64,000 nt of DNA from the NCBI RefSeq assembly GCF_020745735.1, contig NC_083401.1, positions 44,017,740 to 44,081,739 on the forward strand. The letters are read 5' to 3'. This DNA comes from Hemiscyllium ocellatum (Eukaryota). Each line of letters begins with the position of its first letter. The stretch's first letter is position 1. The position numbers and the translations under genes are program-made. The notes below the pieces were generated by a model that was given only the letters and a program-made list of their open reading frames with translations, did no database searches and was not told the DNA's origin. This document shows positions 24,263-36,603 of the stretch, in pieces.

Positions 24263-24487
24263 AGGAGAAAGTGAAGACTGCAGATGCTGGAGATCAGAGC
24301 TGAAAAATGTGTTGCTGGAAAAGCACAGCAGGTCAGGCAGCATCCAAGGAGCAGGAGAATCGATGTTTCGGGCTTATGCTTGAAACATTGATTCTCCTCC
24401 TCCTTGGATGCTGCCTGACCTGCTGCGCTTTTCCAGCAACACATTTCCAGCTCTGATCTCCAGCATCTGCAGTCCTCCCTTTCTCCT
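24263..24487. mobile_element. Full fold-back PLE mini-element, family A
   Basis: Near-perfect palindrome of about 225 bp, AGGAGAAAG...CTTTCTCCT. Confidence 0.9.
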
Positions 24488-25559
24488 ATGTAAATAGACA
24501 GTCTATGTCATCAGTTGAGTTGGTTCACATGATAATAGTGATGTGTGAAACCTTGTCCTGCACAAGAAAAGACGATGTTTAATAACAACAAAAGCTTCCC
24601 AACTATCTTGCCTCAAAAATCAAATAACATGTTTGAAAATATGGATGGATACAGATTTCTATCTGCTGCAATCCAACCAATTTTTTGACCAGGTAAGTGA
24701 CTTGACTTCAATTCAATGAACTTTGAGTTCTGTTAACAGTATCATAGAGGGATGTTATCAAATGCTTTCCGGAAGTCCATATTAACAAGATCCATTGGTT
24801 TTATTAGTCTCTTCATGGTGCTAAATGAGGAAGAAGACCAAATGGGAGAAGCTGGGAATGAAAGTAGATACCACCAGAACCCCTTTCTGGATCAGCTGCT
24901 AATGATCGGCTCATCTAATTAAAGTATTTGCAAATGTGTTGTCAGTTTCCCATTATTGGCAATAACCATCTTAATTCCCTTTGGTAATGACCAACACAGC
25001 AACTTATTTACCTCAATACAATGTAAACCATCACAAAACCCTGGTCGGGTACTGGGGCGGGCTGTCCTAGAGATGGTCAAAAGGTGCGTCAGCGTGGACC
25101 GAGAACCGGAAGGGGCATGGGGTGAACCGAGAGCCGGAAGGTACGTAGGGGTGGGCTGCCTTAGAGTGGCCTGAAGGTAAGAGGGATGGGGGCTTGCTGT
25201 GTCTGTATTGTATGCACTGTTTTTATGTAACTGGATTATCTTTTTATGTACAAATGTCATTATTGCTGCCTTGTCACGCTTTAAACTGGGATTTGGGGTT
25301 TATCCTCCTTTCCCTGTAAACTGGTTGAACAGTAGGGTTTGGGGCCTGGTTTTGCTGTCCCTCTCCCTTGTAAAATTGCTGTTGTATATAGCTGTAAATG
25401 TTAAGTGTTTTTTGTAAACTGTTTTGTAAACTAACGCTTCAGACAAATCAAGCAACATAACATTCCATAAAGGTGCCAACTATTCACATTTGTGCATTTC
25501 TTTAGTGCTTATTATTGGGTGCCTTTCCTAGTGCTCCTAAATCATGCAGCCTCTGTGGT

Positions 25560-26445
25560 GATAGAGACATAGAGGTGTGCAACACGGAAACGCCCAACTC
25601 ATCTATGCTGACCTGATATCCTAAATTAATCTAGTCCCATTTGCCAGCACTTGGCCCATATCCCTCTAAACATCATATACCCATCCAGATGCCTTTTAAA
25701 TGTTGTAATTGTACCAGCCACCACCATTTCCTCTGGCAGCTCATTCCATACTCGCGTCATCTTCCTCGTGCCTTACATATTTCCCCTCTGACCTTTGGCC
25801 TATGTCCTCTAGTTTTGGACTCCCTTACCTTGGGAAAAAGTTCTTGTTATTCATCTTATCCATGCCCCTCATGATTTTACAACCGGTCACCTCTCAGTCT
25901 CTGATGCTCCAGGGAAGATAGCCTCTGGAGCCTATTCAACCTTTCTGTATAGCTAAAACCCTCCAACCCTGGCAACACCGTTGTAAATCTATTCTACACT
26001 CTTTCAAGTTTAGCAATGTCCTTCCTATAGCAGGAAGACCAGAATTGAATGCAATATTCAAAAGTGGCCTAACCAATGTCCTATATAGCTGCAACTCCTA
26101 TACTCAATGCAATGACTAGTAAATGCAAATATACCAAATATCTTCTTCACTATCCTGTCTCCCTGTACCTCCACCTTCAAGGAGATATGAACCTGCACCC
26201 CTCGGTCTCTTTGTTTGGCAACACTGCCCAAAACATTACTATTAGGTGTATGCGTCTCTGTCCTGATTTGTCTTTCTAAAATGCAGCACCTCACATTTAT
26301 CTAAATTAAATTCCACCTCAGTCCATCAGTCCCGACTGATCAAGATTCTTTGTACTCTGAGGTAACCTTCTTCACTGTCCACTGCACCATCAAGTTTGGC
26401 GTCATCTGCAAACTTACAGACCATTCCTCTTATAGTCACATCCAC
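25560..26445 (-). mobile_element. CR1 3' fragment
   Basis: CR1 3'UTR plus VLGSVAKQRDRGVQVHISLKV (26058-26294). Confidence 0.9.
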
Positions 26446-26824
26446 ATTCCTTCATGCCTGGTGGAAGGCGGCTGACTTACTGGGGATGGCTGAAGATGGC
26501 CTTGATAGACAACTTTCAATCATTGGGCCCACCTTGGCATATATGGCAGGAGTCTTAACTGGCTGACTGATAGGTCATAGCAAGGACACTTGTGAAGTGG
26601 TAGAAGAGGGAAGATAAATGCTGTCATCCTGATACAGACGGCTGCAGGTGCATGCTCCATAGAGCCACTGTTATTCCAATGTGGCAACACCCTAACAATC
26701 CAGCATTGTGTTTAAGAACCGATTGCTGGACTACACTGCTATCCCCAGCTATAATGGTAACATTCTACAGGCACAGTCAGAAATTCAGTGGCTTCCACTT
26801 GTCCTGCAATTCAGTTCAACTACA

Positions 26825-27810
26825 ACAATGTACATTTATATAGCACCTTTGACATATTGTAATTTCTCAAAACACTTCAGGAGAGCATTGTCAAATAAAG
26901 TATGACACCAATGCACATAAGGAGTTAATAGGTCCAATGGCCAAAGGTTGATGAAAGAGGCAGGTTTTCATGAGTTGCTTAACGGAGGAAAGAGAAGTAC
27001 AGAGCTGGAAAGGTGGTCATGTGTAGACAGTGTATTTCTGAGCTTGGAGTCTCGGCAACAGAGATACTGCAGTTAACACTGGTGGTGTGTCAGAGGTCAG
27101 AATGAAAGGAGTGCAGATATCTCAAATGTTTGTGGAGCTGGAGAGAATTACAGAAGCAGAGTGGAATGAGGCCATGGGGGGATTTGAAAACAAGAATGAG
27201 AATTTTTAAATCTTGACATTGCTTGACTGTGATCCAGAATGTAGTTCAACAAATGGGGGAGGGTGGGGCAGTGTGGTGGGAGAGGGGGTGATAGTGGTTA
27301 GGTGGGGTGGATGTTGGTGGAGTGTTTTGAAGTCTTAGTAGAGTGCAGCTTGGTACTGGTTAAAATTCATGCAGCAGAGATCATGTTTACACTGCGTAAA
27401 ATAGGGAATCATAGAACCCCCTACAGTGTGGAAGCGGACCATTCAGCCCATCGAGTCTATACCGACCCTCTAAAGAGCTAATTCACCTAACCCGCACATC
27501 CTTGGACACTATGGGCAGTTAGCACAGCCGATCCACCTGAACTCTGTGACTGTGGTCGGAAACTGGAGCACCCAGAGGAAACTCATGCAGACACAAGGAG
27601 AACATGCAAACTCCACCCAGGCAGTCACCCAAGGGTTGAATTGAACCCGGCTGTCTGGTGTTGAGGTAGCAGTGCTATCCACTGAGCCACCATGCTACCC
27701 CAACGTGAGAAATCATTCAGATGTTCATTGCTATACTCGAGTCTAGAGTTAACCAAGACAGGGATGAGTGTTTCAGCACTATATAAACTGAGACTGAGGT
27801 GAAGTTTGGT
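26825..27810 (-). mobile_element. L2-type LINE 3' relic with an HE1 insertion
   Basis: CATTTATATAGCACCTTT tail; GATTTGAAAACAAGAATGAGAATTTTTAAATC is the reverse complement of the FKILILVFKS-like motif. Confidence 0.65.
27405..27702 (-). mobile_element. HE1-type V-SINE
   Basis: V-domain and tRNA head. Confidence 0.85.
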
Positions 27811-29118
27811 AATTTGTTTTCATGTTCACCTGGTGTTGACCATCACTTCCACAGTGGAAAGGGTGAGCTCCAATTTCCCCACACAGGCTCATGTTGAGTT
27901 TTTGGTTGGACTCTTCTTTGACATTGACCATGGACTTTATTGCAAATGTCACAACACCTCATGCATTTCAGTCTTCTTACTCAATAGTCTTTTTCTCTTC
28001 AATGAAAGGCAGCACAAATTTGAAGCCTGCATCCTGCCTGTATCAGAAGCAACAAGTGTGGTTTGATTGAGTATCCTGATCCCTGACCATCATTTTTAGA
28101 TTTTCTTTTCAAATTTCATGACCATAGGATTTCTTGACCTAGCTGAAGAAGGCCAGGGAATTCTCCCAATCCTAAGTCCCCTCTTAAGCGTCACCACGAA
28201 AAAAGTGTTTAACTACTCTTTCATCCTATTTGATGATTGTGGAACTTTGTGATGTATAACCCAACTCTTGCACAACAATAACTGCTCCCGAAAAGTAACT
28301 CTTTCAAGGATATGTCAATACAAGATGCTTCCTCCTTACATTCAGGATTAATCTGACTGCACACATCCTTCAAATACTTAGTTATCAAATTCTTATATGT
28401 ATGAATCACATTTGTTGGGTCAGATGTCCTGTTATCCATTTCCATTTCACTATTCTATAAACACACATCATCGTATATCACAAACATTGGACAAACTGGG
28501 CAAAATGCATCATGTTACAAACAGCTGTCACATGCCCGATACAATGACCAGATATCAGTGGTCATATGTGATCCTTTTGGAGTGTTGCCCAGTTCCAGTT
28601 GCAACTTATCCTTAACAGTTTATTTTCTGCAATGTTTTGGTGTGACAGCACCAGAAATAAACCATTGCAAAGTGTGAATGGGTGGCATTTATTTTTACAG
28701 CTCCCGATCACACATTTCTAAAGAGCAGCTGTAAAAGGATAAAGAATGTCGCTTTTTTATATTCTATAAAAAAAAGTCCTGCTGGTATTTTCCAATTTAA
28801 AGCAACACTTTGTTTAAAAACAAGAATAGTAACAGAAAAAAACACTTGAGCTGTAGCAAATTAACAACAGAAAATGAGAGCTCTCACAGTTTTAAAGAGG
28901 AGATAATGAGAAAATTTGTCTTCTACTGTTTATAATCAGATAACACTTGTGTGTAATCTGTAGTATCCCCTCAAGAAAAGCATTTCTCCAACAGGGCTTT
29001 TGTTATCAGTTGAGGACGTGAAGGGATAATAAAACTCATGCTTTTCAAAAATAAGTTCTCACTTGTACCAGTATTGAAACAGCTGTGGACGACTTTAATG
29101 GTTGAGAAAGGTGTATAA

Positions 29119-29277
29119 GATTAGATTAGATTACTTACAGTGTGGAAACAGGCCCTTCGGCCCAACAAGTCCACACCGACCCGCCAAAGCGCAACCCACC
29201 CATACCCCTACATATACCCCTTACCTAACACTACGGGCAATTTAGCATGGCCAATTCACCTGACCCGCACATCTTTG
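29119..29277 (-). mobile_element. 5'-truncated young HE1 SINE
   Basis: ATTAG tail; CpG-retaining 3' half. Confidence 0.9.
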
Positions 29278-29600
29278 CAAGATGCAGCACCTCACGCTTA
29301 TCTAAATTAAACTTTATCTGCTTCACCTCGGTCCATCAGCCTGTCTGATCAAGGTTCTTTGTCTAGATTAGTGTGGTGCTGGAAAAGCACAGCAGTTCAG
29401 GCAGCATCCGTGGAGCGGAAAATCAACGTTTCGGGCAAAACTTCTTAATCAGAAATGAAGGCAGGGAGCCCCTGGGGTGGAGAGAGATGATCAAGGTTCT
29501 TTGTACACTGAGATAATCTTCCTCGCTGTCCACTGCACCACCAGTTTTAGTGTCATCTCCAAGCCAACTGACCATTTCTCCTATATTCACATATTCACAT
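29278..29600 (-). mobile_element. CR1 RT fragment
   Basis: GDDTKTGGAVDSEEDYLSVQ. Confidence 0.8.
29363..29487 (-). mobile_element. PLE-terminus insertion, family A (single arm)
   Basis: Matches 12250-12375; perfect 17-bp TSD TGATCAAGGTTCTTTGT (29346-29362 / 29488-29504). Confidence 0.85.
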
Positions 29601-31039
29601 TCTTTATTCACATTCCTGTATGTCTGGTAACTCTTTTCTAGAGTTAGCAACTATTGTTCAAAATCAAGCAGAGGTGGGGTGTGATGAAGTTTATTCAAGA
29701 GGAGCAACTGATAATTCTAGGAACTTACTGGCACCAAAACTCAGGCATTATTAGATTTGGTTCCCAGTTCCATGTAACCTTATGTCATGGTGACATAGCT
29801 CCTTACACTCGCAATCAATAATAAGTATTACTTTAAAAGTCGACTTATCCTTTTCACTCCACACAATCTTCAGTGGCAGTCTGAAAGAGAAACAATATAA
29901 GCTCTATTCTGAATTGGTGTCAGCCATGTTGTTCTTTAAGAAACTTTATTGTCCACCTAGAATCTGTTTCTCAGTAATTCAATTTTCCATTCACCTGGAG
30001 ATGAACGTTCATTATGAAAACAGCTAAAATGATGGGGAAATGCTAAATTGGTCATATTTTATCCAGGTGTAATAAGAATGGACAATTAAGACTGGAAGTG
30101 AAGCTACTAGAGACCAAAATGATGCATCCAATCAAATAACCACTGCTTGATTTCTCCCCCATTTCTCACCTGTCTGTTGTTGAACAGTGCAGCGTGAACT
30201 ATATTTTTGGCTTCATATTGTTATGATCCCAGTTGAAGTTATTATTGCACAAGTCAGAACCCAAACTGAAACTTGACAAAATCATATCTTTCTTAGTTTG
30301 ATGTTAATAAGTTTAATGACATTAATCCCAGAAGAATCCCTTACAACTTTGACAGGAGAACAATGTCAACAGCAACGCTTGCACAGCACGCACACAACAA
30401 TCCCTTTCTTTAACACTTTGGTACATTTAAGGCAACAGTGATTTTAACTCCAAGACTGGAATCTCTGAAAGTCTTTTTATGGAGCTATCATACACCTGTT
30501 TCAAGTCTTCCTCAGAATTTTATCTCAACACATCTGGTTTGGGACTATAACAGGTTCCGTAATCTAAGATGTTATAGTGTCATAATTCCCTCCCCTTTTT
30601 TAGGAACACTGCTTTATAGATGCATTTCTATATGGGGAATGTATAGAACTGCCCAAAACTAAGTCAGACTGAAACAAAAATCTCTACCTCTGCTATGACT
30701 ATTCCTCATAAGTTTACAAACTCCTTAAGTCTAAAAAATTCTGAAAGATCTTAAACTATAATAGTTCACCCTGCTAAAACAACCACAAATCGATTAGTCT
30801 ATCAGAGTAGCCCTCGCAAATTATTTTAAAATAAATCACCATGGATACAGAAATTCTTACAAATTAATTATTAACTTCAGAAACATTTAAAATATATATG
30901 TTAATATACTGGCAATCAAAACCCAACTTAAATGGTAATAAAAATATTTGACAGTTTAGATCACAACAGAGATTTTCAGAAGCTCAGCTGTTTACTCTGT
31001 TTTGCATGGTTACGTGGACCAATAGCATTATTTGCTGCA

Positions 31040-33475
31040 ACCAAGATGGTGCCAGAGCAAGGCAATGCTTTTTGAGCTGTCTACAGCAGATCTTATTCTT
31101 CCATCTCTTGCAATCTTTCTGCTGTTTTAAACCTCAACTCTAAGCCTACCAAAATTAGAAACTACCCTCTCTTAAATCTACTTTCAGGTTTAAAGATTTT
31201 CCAATCGGTGAGGCCCAATTAATGAGGTCTGACCAGCAAAGGATCAAGAGCTGACTCCACAACGACCTGCCATTGAGGAGATCTGATCAGACCGACTACA
31301 AGACTCCCTGGCATGCTTCTGAACATGATTCATGCCCAGGACCCCTTTGGACACACCCACCTACCTTGCCAATGCTGGGACCGCAAACCCAGAAACCTTC
31401 TAGCTTTGAGTAGACCTGATCTTCCTGACCTCCTGGAAACCTGGAACTGAGGCCTGACTGGTGCAGGAACAAGACCTAACCCAATGGTCACCCAACATCC
31501 AGAATGCCCAACCGAACCAATCACAAGATCCTCCGGAACACTCAAGGTCATGACTGGTGTCCAGGACTCCATCAGGAGCACACACTTACCAGCAGACATC
31601 CCTTACCAATTCTCAGGTTCGACCAGGAGTAGCCACCTACCCAGAAAAGGTGGGAGACGCACTGGACTTCACGTGAGACTAAAACTAGAGGGTTTCAAGT
31701 TCCCCCTCCCTGCATAATTCTGGCAAATGTCCAAGCCAATGAAAAACAGCACCTTTGCAAAACCATCACAGGTGCCAATAAACAATACCAGACCAAACTA
31801 GAATCCCAGAATAACCACACTAGCACACATTGACTGTGGCAAAGCGTACATGAGATAACGGGCTAAAAAACACAGTAGAATCGATGGCAACAATGCATCC
31901 CTCGCCAGTGTTATGGACTAGGTCAGACCACTCGAAACACTTTTAGGCATGCAGTCCAGGCCATAACTTCGTAATTTTGTTTCAGTAAGTATACAGTGAA
32001 AATTAGCTAAGTTAGCTAGGTTGAGTCTCAGGTTTTAACACAGACAAAACTTTATTCACAAAATTACGCAATGAAACACAAAGAACAGAACAAAGAATCC
32101 CTACAGAACTCAGTCTATCCAAACTAAATTTAATTATGCTGTTCCAAATTTATACAGCAGTCCCATTAAGCAAATTCTCTTTTAAAAAAAACAGCAAAAA
32201 TGGAACAAATGCTTACAGGTTGAAGTTAGAAGAGCAGAAGGAGAGAGAGAGAGTCTATTTCCACACAGCTCACTGTTGACTTCTAACTCGTTCTGGACTG
32301 AACTGCTCAGCTAGAGAGCTGACCACTCCCCTTTCATTATACAGGTCACTTCTAAAACATGACCAATTTAGCCTGAAGTCTCAACTTTTTGTTTACATAT
32401 AAACAAAAAAGCATCTCAATATCCTTTAATCTCTGTACCAAACCAATATAATCAGAACCAGGAGCTGTTTACAAACCTCTGGGGAAAAAAACAAGGACAC
32501 AGTATCCTTGAGAAAAGGAACAGCTTTTAGAAAAAGGGACCAGCTTTGTGACAGCAGTGAGCTTAATGCATTCCATGCCCATTTTGAATAGAAAGTCGGT
32601 GAAATTACGCCATCTACCCAACAGTCTCAGGTGCACCTGTACCCACAGTTACCACAGCAGACATTAGATTGACCTTCTTGGGAATAAACCCATGGAGAGT
32701 GACTGGCCCAAATGGAGTCCCCAGCTATGTTCCCAGATCTGTATAGACCAGCTTCCAGGAGTATTCAAGACATTTTTAACCTCTCCTTACTCCAAAGTAA
32801 GGTTCCCAGCTGCTTTAAGAAGACCACCATCATCCTGGTGCTAAGGAAAAATCAGGCAGGGTGCCTTAATGATTACTGTCTGGTGGCTCTGACATCTATT
32901 ATTATGAATTACTTTGAGACACTATTCATGACACATATTAACTCCAAATTCCCAGATTACCTTGATCCACTTCAATCGCCTATGTTAGCAACAGGTCCAT
33001 AGTAGATGCCATCTCCCTGGTGCTGGGAATAAAGAATCTGTCCTGGTCCATCTATGTTGACCTTACAGGTAAGATAGCCAACCAATACCTCTACTTCTTC
33101 AGAAAACTAAGGAAATTCACATGCCCACAATGTTTCTTACCAATTTTTATGATGAGCCATAGAAACATCCTATTCGGATGCATCGCAGATGGAACCCCCA
33201 CCGCCCCAATCCCAGTTATCCTCTCTTCTACCCTCTTTCCTCTGGTAGAAGATACAAAAGTTTGAAAATGTGCATCAACAGATTCAAGAACAGCTTATTC
33301 CCCACTCTTATTTGACTTTTGAATGGACCTGTCATAGATTTCTCTGCACCGTCCCTGTAGCTGTAACATTATATTCTGCATTCCATTCTATCAAGTATGA
33401 TTTGCCTAGATAGCATGGAAAGCAATACTTATCACTGTATTTTGGAACGTGACCATAATAACATTTCATCAAATT
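31040..33475 (+). mobile_element. Internally deleted Rex1/Babar LINE
   Basis: 5' AAGATGG; RKGGRRTGLHVRLKLEGFKFPLP; IFNLSLLQSKVPSCFKKTTII..CLNDYCLVALTSIIM; CACTGTA..CGTGAC.ATAA 3' end. Confidence 0.85.
31909..32553 (-). mobile_element. Solo LTR inserted in Rex1
   Basis: TGTTAT...GTGACA termini; flanks CCAG / GCAG; minus-strand TATA-like site near 32340 and AATAAA near 32053; Rex1 sequence resumes after it. Confidence 0.75.
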
Positions 33476-33596
33476 AGTAATTTATATAGTTTTAGCAAGA
33501 CTTCGCTAGTTTTAACCTTGATTCCCTTTGAAATAAAGGCCAATGTTCCATTTGACTTCCCTATTACCCACTGAACTTATGTGTTAGCCTTTTTTT

Positions 33597-33905
33597 TAAG
33601 ATTCCCTTCAGTGTGGAAACAGGCCCTTCAGCCCAACCAGCTCACACCAACCCTATGAATAGTAACCCACCCAGGCCCATTTTCCTCTGACTAATGCACC
33701 TAACACTATGGGCAATTTAGCGTGGCCAATTCACCTGACCTGCACATCTTTGGACTGTGGGAGGAAACCGGAGCATCTGGAGAAAACCCACGTAAACACG
33801 GGGAGAATGTACAAACTCCACACAGTCACCCAAGACTGGAATTGAACCAGGGACCCTGGTGCTGTGAGGCAGCAGTGCTAACCACTGAGACACAGTGCCA
33901 CCCTA
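33597..33905 (-). mobile_element. HE1-type V-SINE
   Basis: V-domain and tRNA head. Confidence 0.9.
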
Positions 33906-33919
33906 CGGTGATATATGCA

Positions 33920-34560
33920 CTCAAATCCTCAAATTTGACTCACTATCTGATTTCACCTCTCAGCTGATCTACTGCTGAAACCCTCATTCATATCTTTGTG
34001 CCTTGAGGCTGAACTGTTCTAATGCAATCCTGGGGGATCTCTCTCATTCTGCTTACACTCTGTAAGCTTGGTGCCATCCATTATTCTGCTGCCTGTGTCT
34101 TAATTTACAGCACGTTCACCTACCATTCTGTGTACTTGCTACTTTCTATTGATTGCTGCTTAAGCAACATCTTGATTTTTAAATTCTCATCCAGGTTTTC
34201 AAAACTCTCCATAGTTTCACCCTTGCCTTTCACTCTAATCTGCTACAGCTCCAGAACGCTCTGAGGTACCTGTTATCATATGTCCTGGCTTTCGAAGATC
34301 CCTAGTTTTAGCCTTTACCTTGTTATCCGTGCTTTCAGTAAGACCCTAAGCTCTGGAATTCTCTTTGTATATTTTTCTTCTCTTTAAAACACTTCCTATC
34401 TTTAAGATGCTCCTTCAAACATATTTATATGAACAAGTGTTTGCTTACCTGACTGTATACCTCCTTATGTGCCTTTGTGTCATGTTCTGTTTAATAACGC
34501 TCCTGTGAGGAGATTTGGGAAATTTTATTACCTTATTGGTGCTATATGTATTTAATTAGC
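33920..34560 (+). mobile_element. L2-type LINE 3' relic
   Basis: AETLIHIFV..IHYSAACVL..FKFSSRF motifs; GGTGCTATAT tail. Confidence 0.65.
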
Positions 34561-36077
34561 CGTTTTCATTGTGTGTGTTGATCAATTGCTGAACCTTTCT
34601 GCTAATGCACTTCCGTAGAAGTGTTAAATATGAAATCGCAAGATTTTGACATATAGTCAATGAAAGAAAACATTTGTTTTACAATGTTGCTGAGGATATT
34701 AAAAGTTAACCACATTCTGTGAATAACTGGAAAAGTGCAATATTATGAAATTTGACAAGTACAATTTTAGCATGCCATTTCATCTTGTTGTGTGCATTAT
34801 GCACTTCTGATTATCTACTTTTGAACACTTCAATGAATCATCTGTCATTGCTTTGGGACTCTCCTAAGCTGTAAGCAGGGTCTGCCACTATATATTTCTA
34901 AACATATCATTATATGTCTTGCCATCAAAGCTGAGTTATCTGTGTCCTTATATACAGCTTTAACAGTAGCTGATGATTCATTTTCTTCCATTTCTCCATT
35001 AATTCTATTCATTCAAAGCTTCCATAGAGCTTACATTACTGTTCTTTATATAAATCACTTAATACTCTCATCATCGTCTTATCAGTTATTTTGTTGATGA
35101 TTCAACCTGTATATCAGCTTTCTTCAGCTCATGTGCCTTCAGTCAACAATCTCTTCCTTCCCTTCAACAGCAAAGACTGAATCATAATCTTACAATTTCT
35201 CCTGTGCCTTTTAATACACCAATGAAAATCATCATGCTTTCAATTCTTCAAAAATAACTTTGTTTTATATCTCTGAATTCTCAACCAAGGCTTTCATTTC
35301 TTTGATAGCAACAACTTAGGCATTTCTCATTCATTGATGTTTATGGTCTCACTAACTTTTCTATCTTCATTCCAAAACTGCCTTCAAGCAACTTGATTTC
35401 AACTTTTCTGGCCAAGATCTATTTATGCTCAAAAGCACAGCTTCCAATAGACCCAAAGCTTTACATGATCTTGGGTGGGACTCATCTAGCATTCTATTTG
35501 TACATTTGTACAGGGCACAAGATGTAATAACTGTTGTAACACTTTCACCTCATGTGTCAATTCCCTTTTCATCATGAGCTTCCTTATTTTTCTCTATCTT
35601 AGCAATACAGGTATTGCTGTGGATGGTGTTCCACTCAATTTTCTTTTCCTGTTGTTTTTCTAAGATGCTAACATTTGCTTCTCTTCCTTAATTCCATGTT
35701 GTGTTGAAGTCGAGCATCATTATGGATTTTCACTGCCTCTAGCTCATCTTTCTCTCCAGTCTATTTGGTAATCAGTCTGTAGACCCGAAACATTAACTCT
35801 GATTTCCCTTTGCAAATGCTGCCAGACCTGCTGAGCTTTTCCAGTAATTTTTGTTTTTGTTTGTTATTCAAGACTTTCTAGTTTAGATGTTCTTATGATT
35901 GACACATTTATGTCCCTTTAATAAGCAACTATTTATAAATGAGTCGCTTACAAATATTATAGCTTGGCTTTAAGCCCTAACATCAGTAAATAATAATGTT
36001 TCCTATGATTGTATGGAGTTTACAGATATCTCATTGCATACAAGAACACAAGGTAGAATTGTATAAAAATAACATTT

Positions 36078-36440
36078 TATTTCTTTATTCATTCACAGGA
36101 TGATGTCATTGCTGGCCAGGCAGCATTTATTGCCTATTCCTAATTGCCCAGGGAGCAGTTCAGAGTCAACCACATTGCTGAGGGTCTGGAATTCATACGT
36201 TGGTCCGACTGGAGGGTAAAGACAGTAATCTCCTTCCCTAAAAAGCTTAAGTGAACTAGATAAGTTTTTCCCTTAACAACCAATTGATGGCTATTAGTCA
36301 ACTCTTAATTCCAGGTATTCATTGAGCCATCTACTGTGGTGATTCCACCATCTACTATGATGAGATTTGAACCAGCGTCCCCAGGACATTATCCGTGTCA
36401 ACAGTCCAGTGATAATACCACTAGGCTATCACCTCCCCCT
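36078..36440 (-). mobile_element. tRNA-derived SINE with a CR1-clade 3' tail (Deu-domain / SacSINE1-like)
   Basis: Head GGGGAGGTGATAGCCTAGTGG; B box GGTTCAAATC; tail GGGCAATTAGGAATAGGCAATAAATGCTG; second copy about 38835-39130. Confidence 0.65.
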
Positions 36441-36471
36441 CAAACATCACTGCGTGAAAGGGATAAATGTC

Positions 36472-36603
36472 AAGAGTGCAGTGCTTATGCCTGAAACATC
36501 GATTCTCCTGCTCCTTGGAAGCTGCCTGACCTGCAGTGCTTTTCTAGCATCACTCTCTCGATTCTGATCTCCAGCATCCACAGTCCTTACTTTCTTCCCA
36601 GGG
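36472..36603 (+). mobile_element. PLE mini-element, family A
   Basis: GCTTATGCCTGAAACATCGATTCTCCTGCTCC; 14-bp TSD with 12/14 identity (36458-36471 / 36604-36617). Confidence 0.75.
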
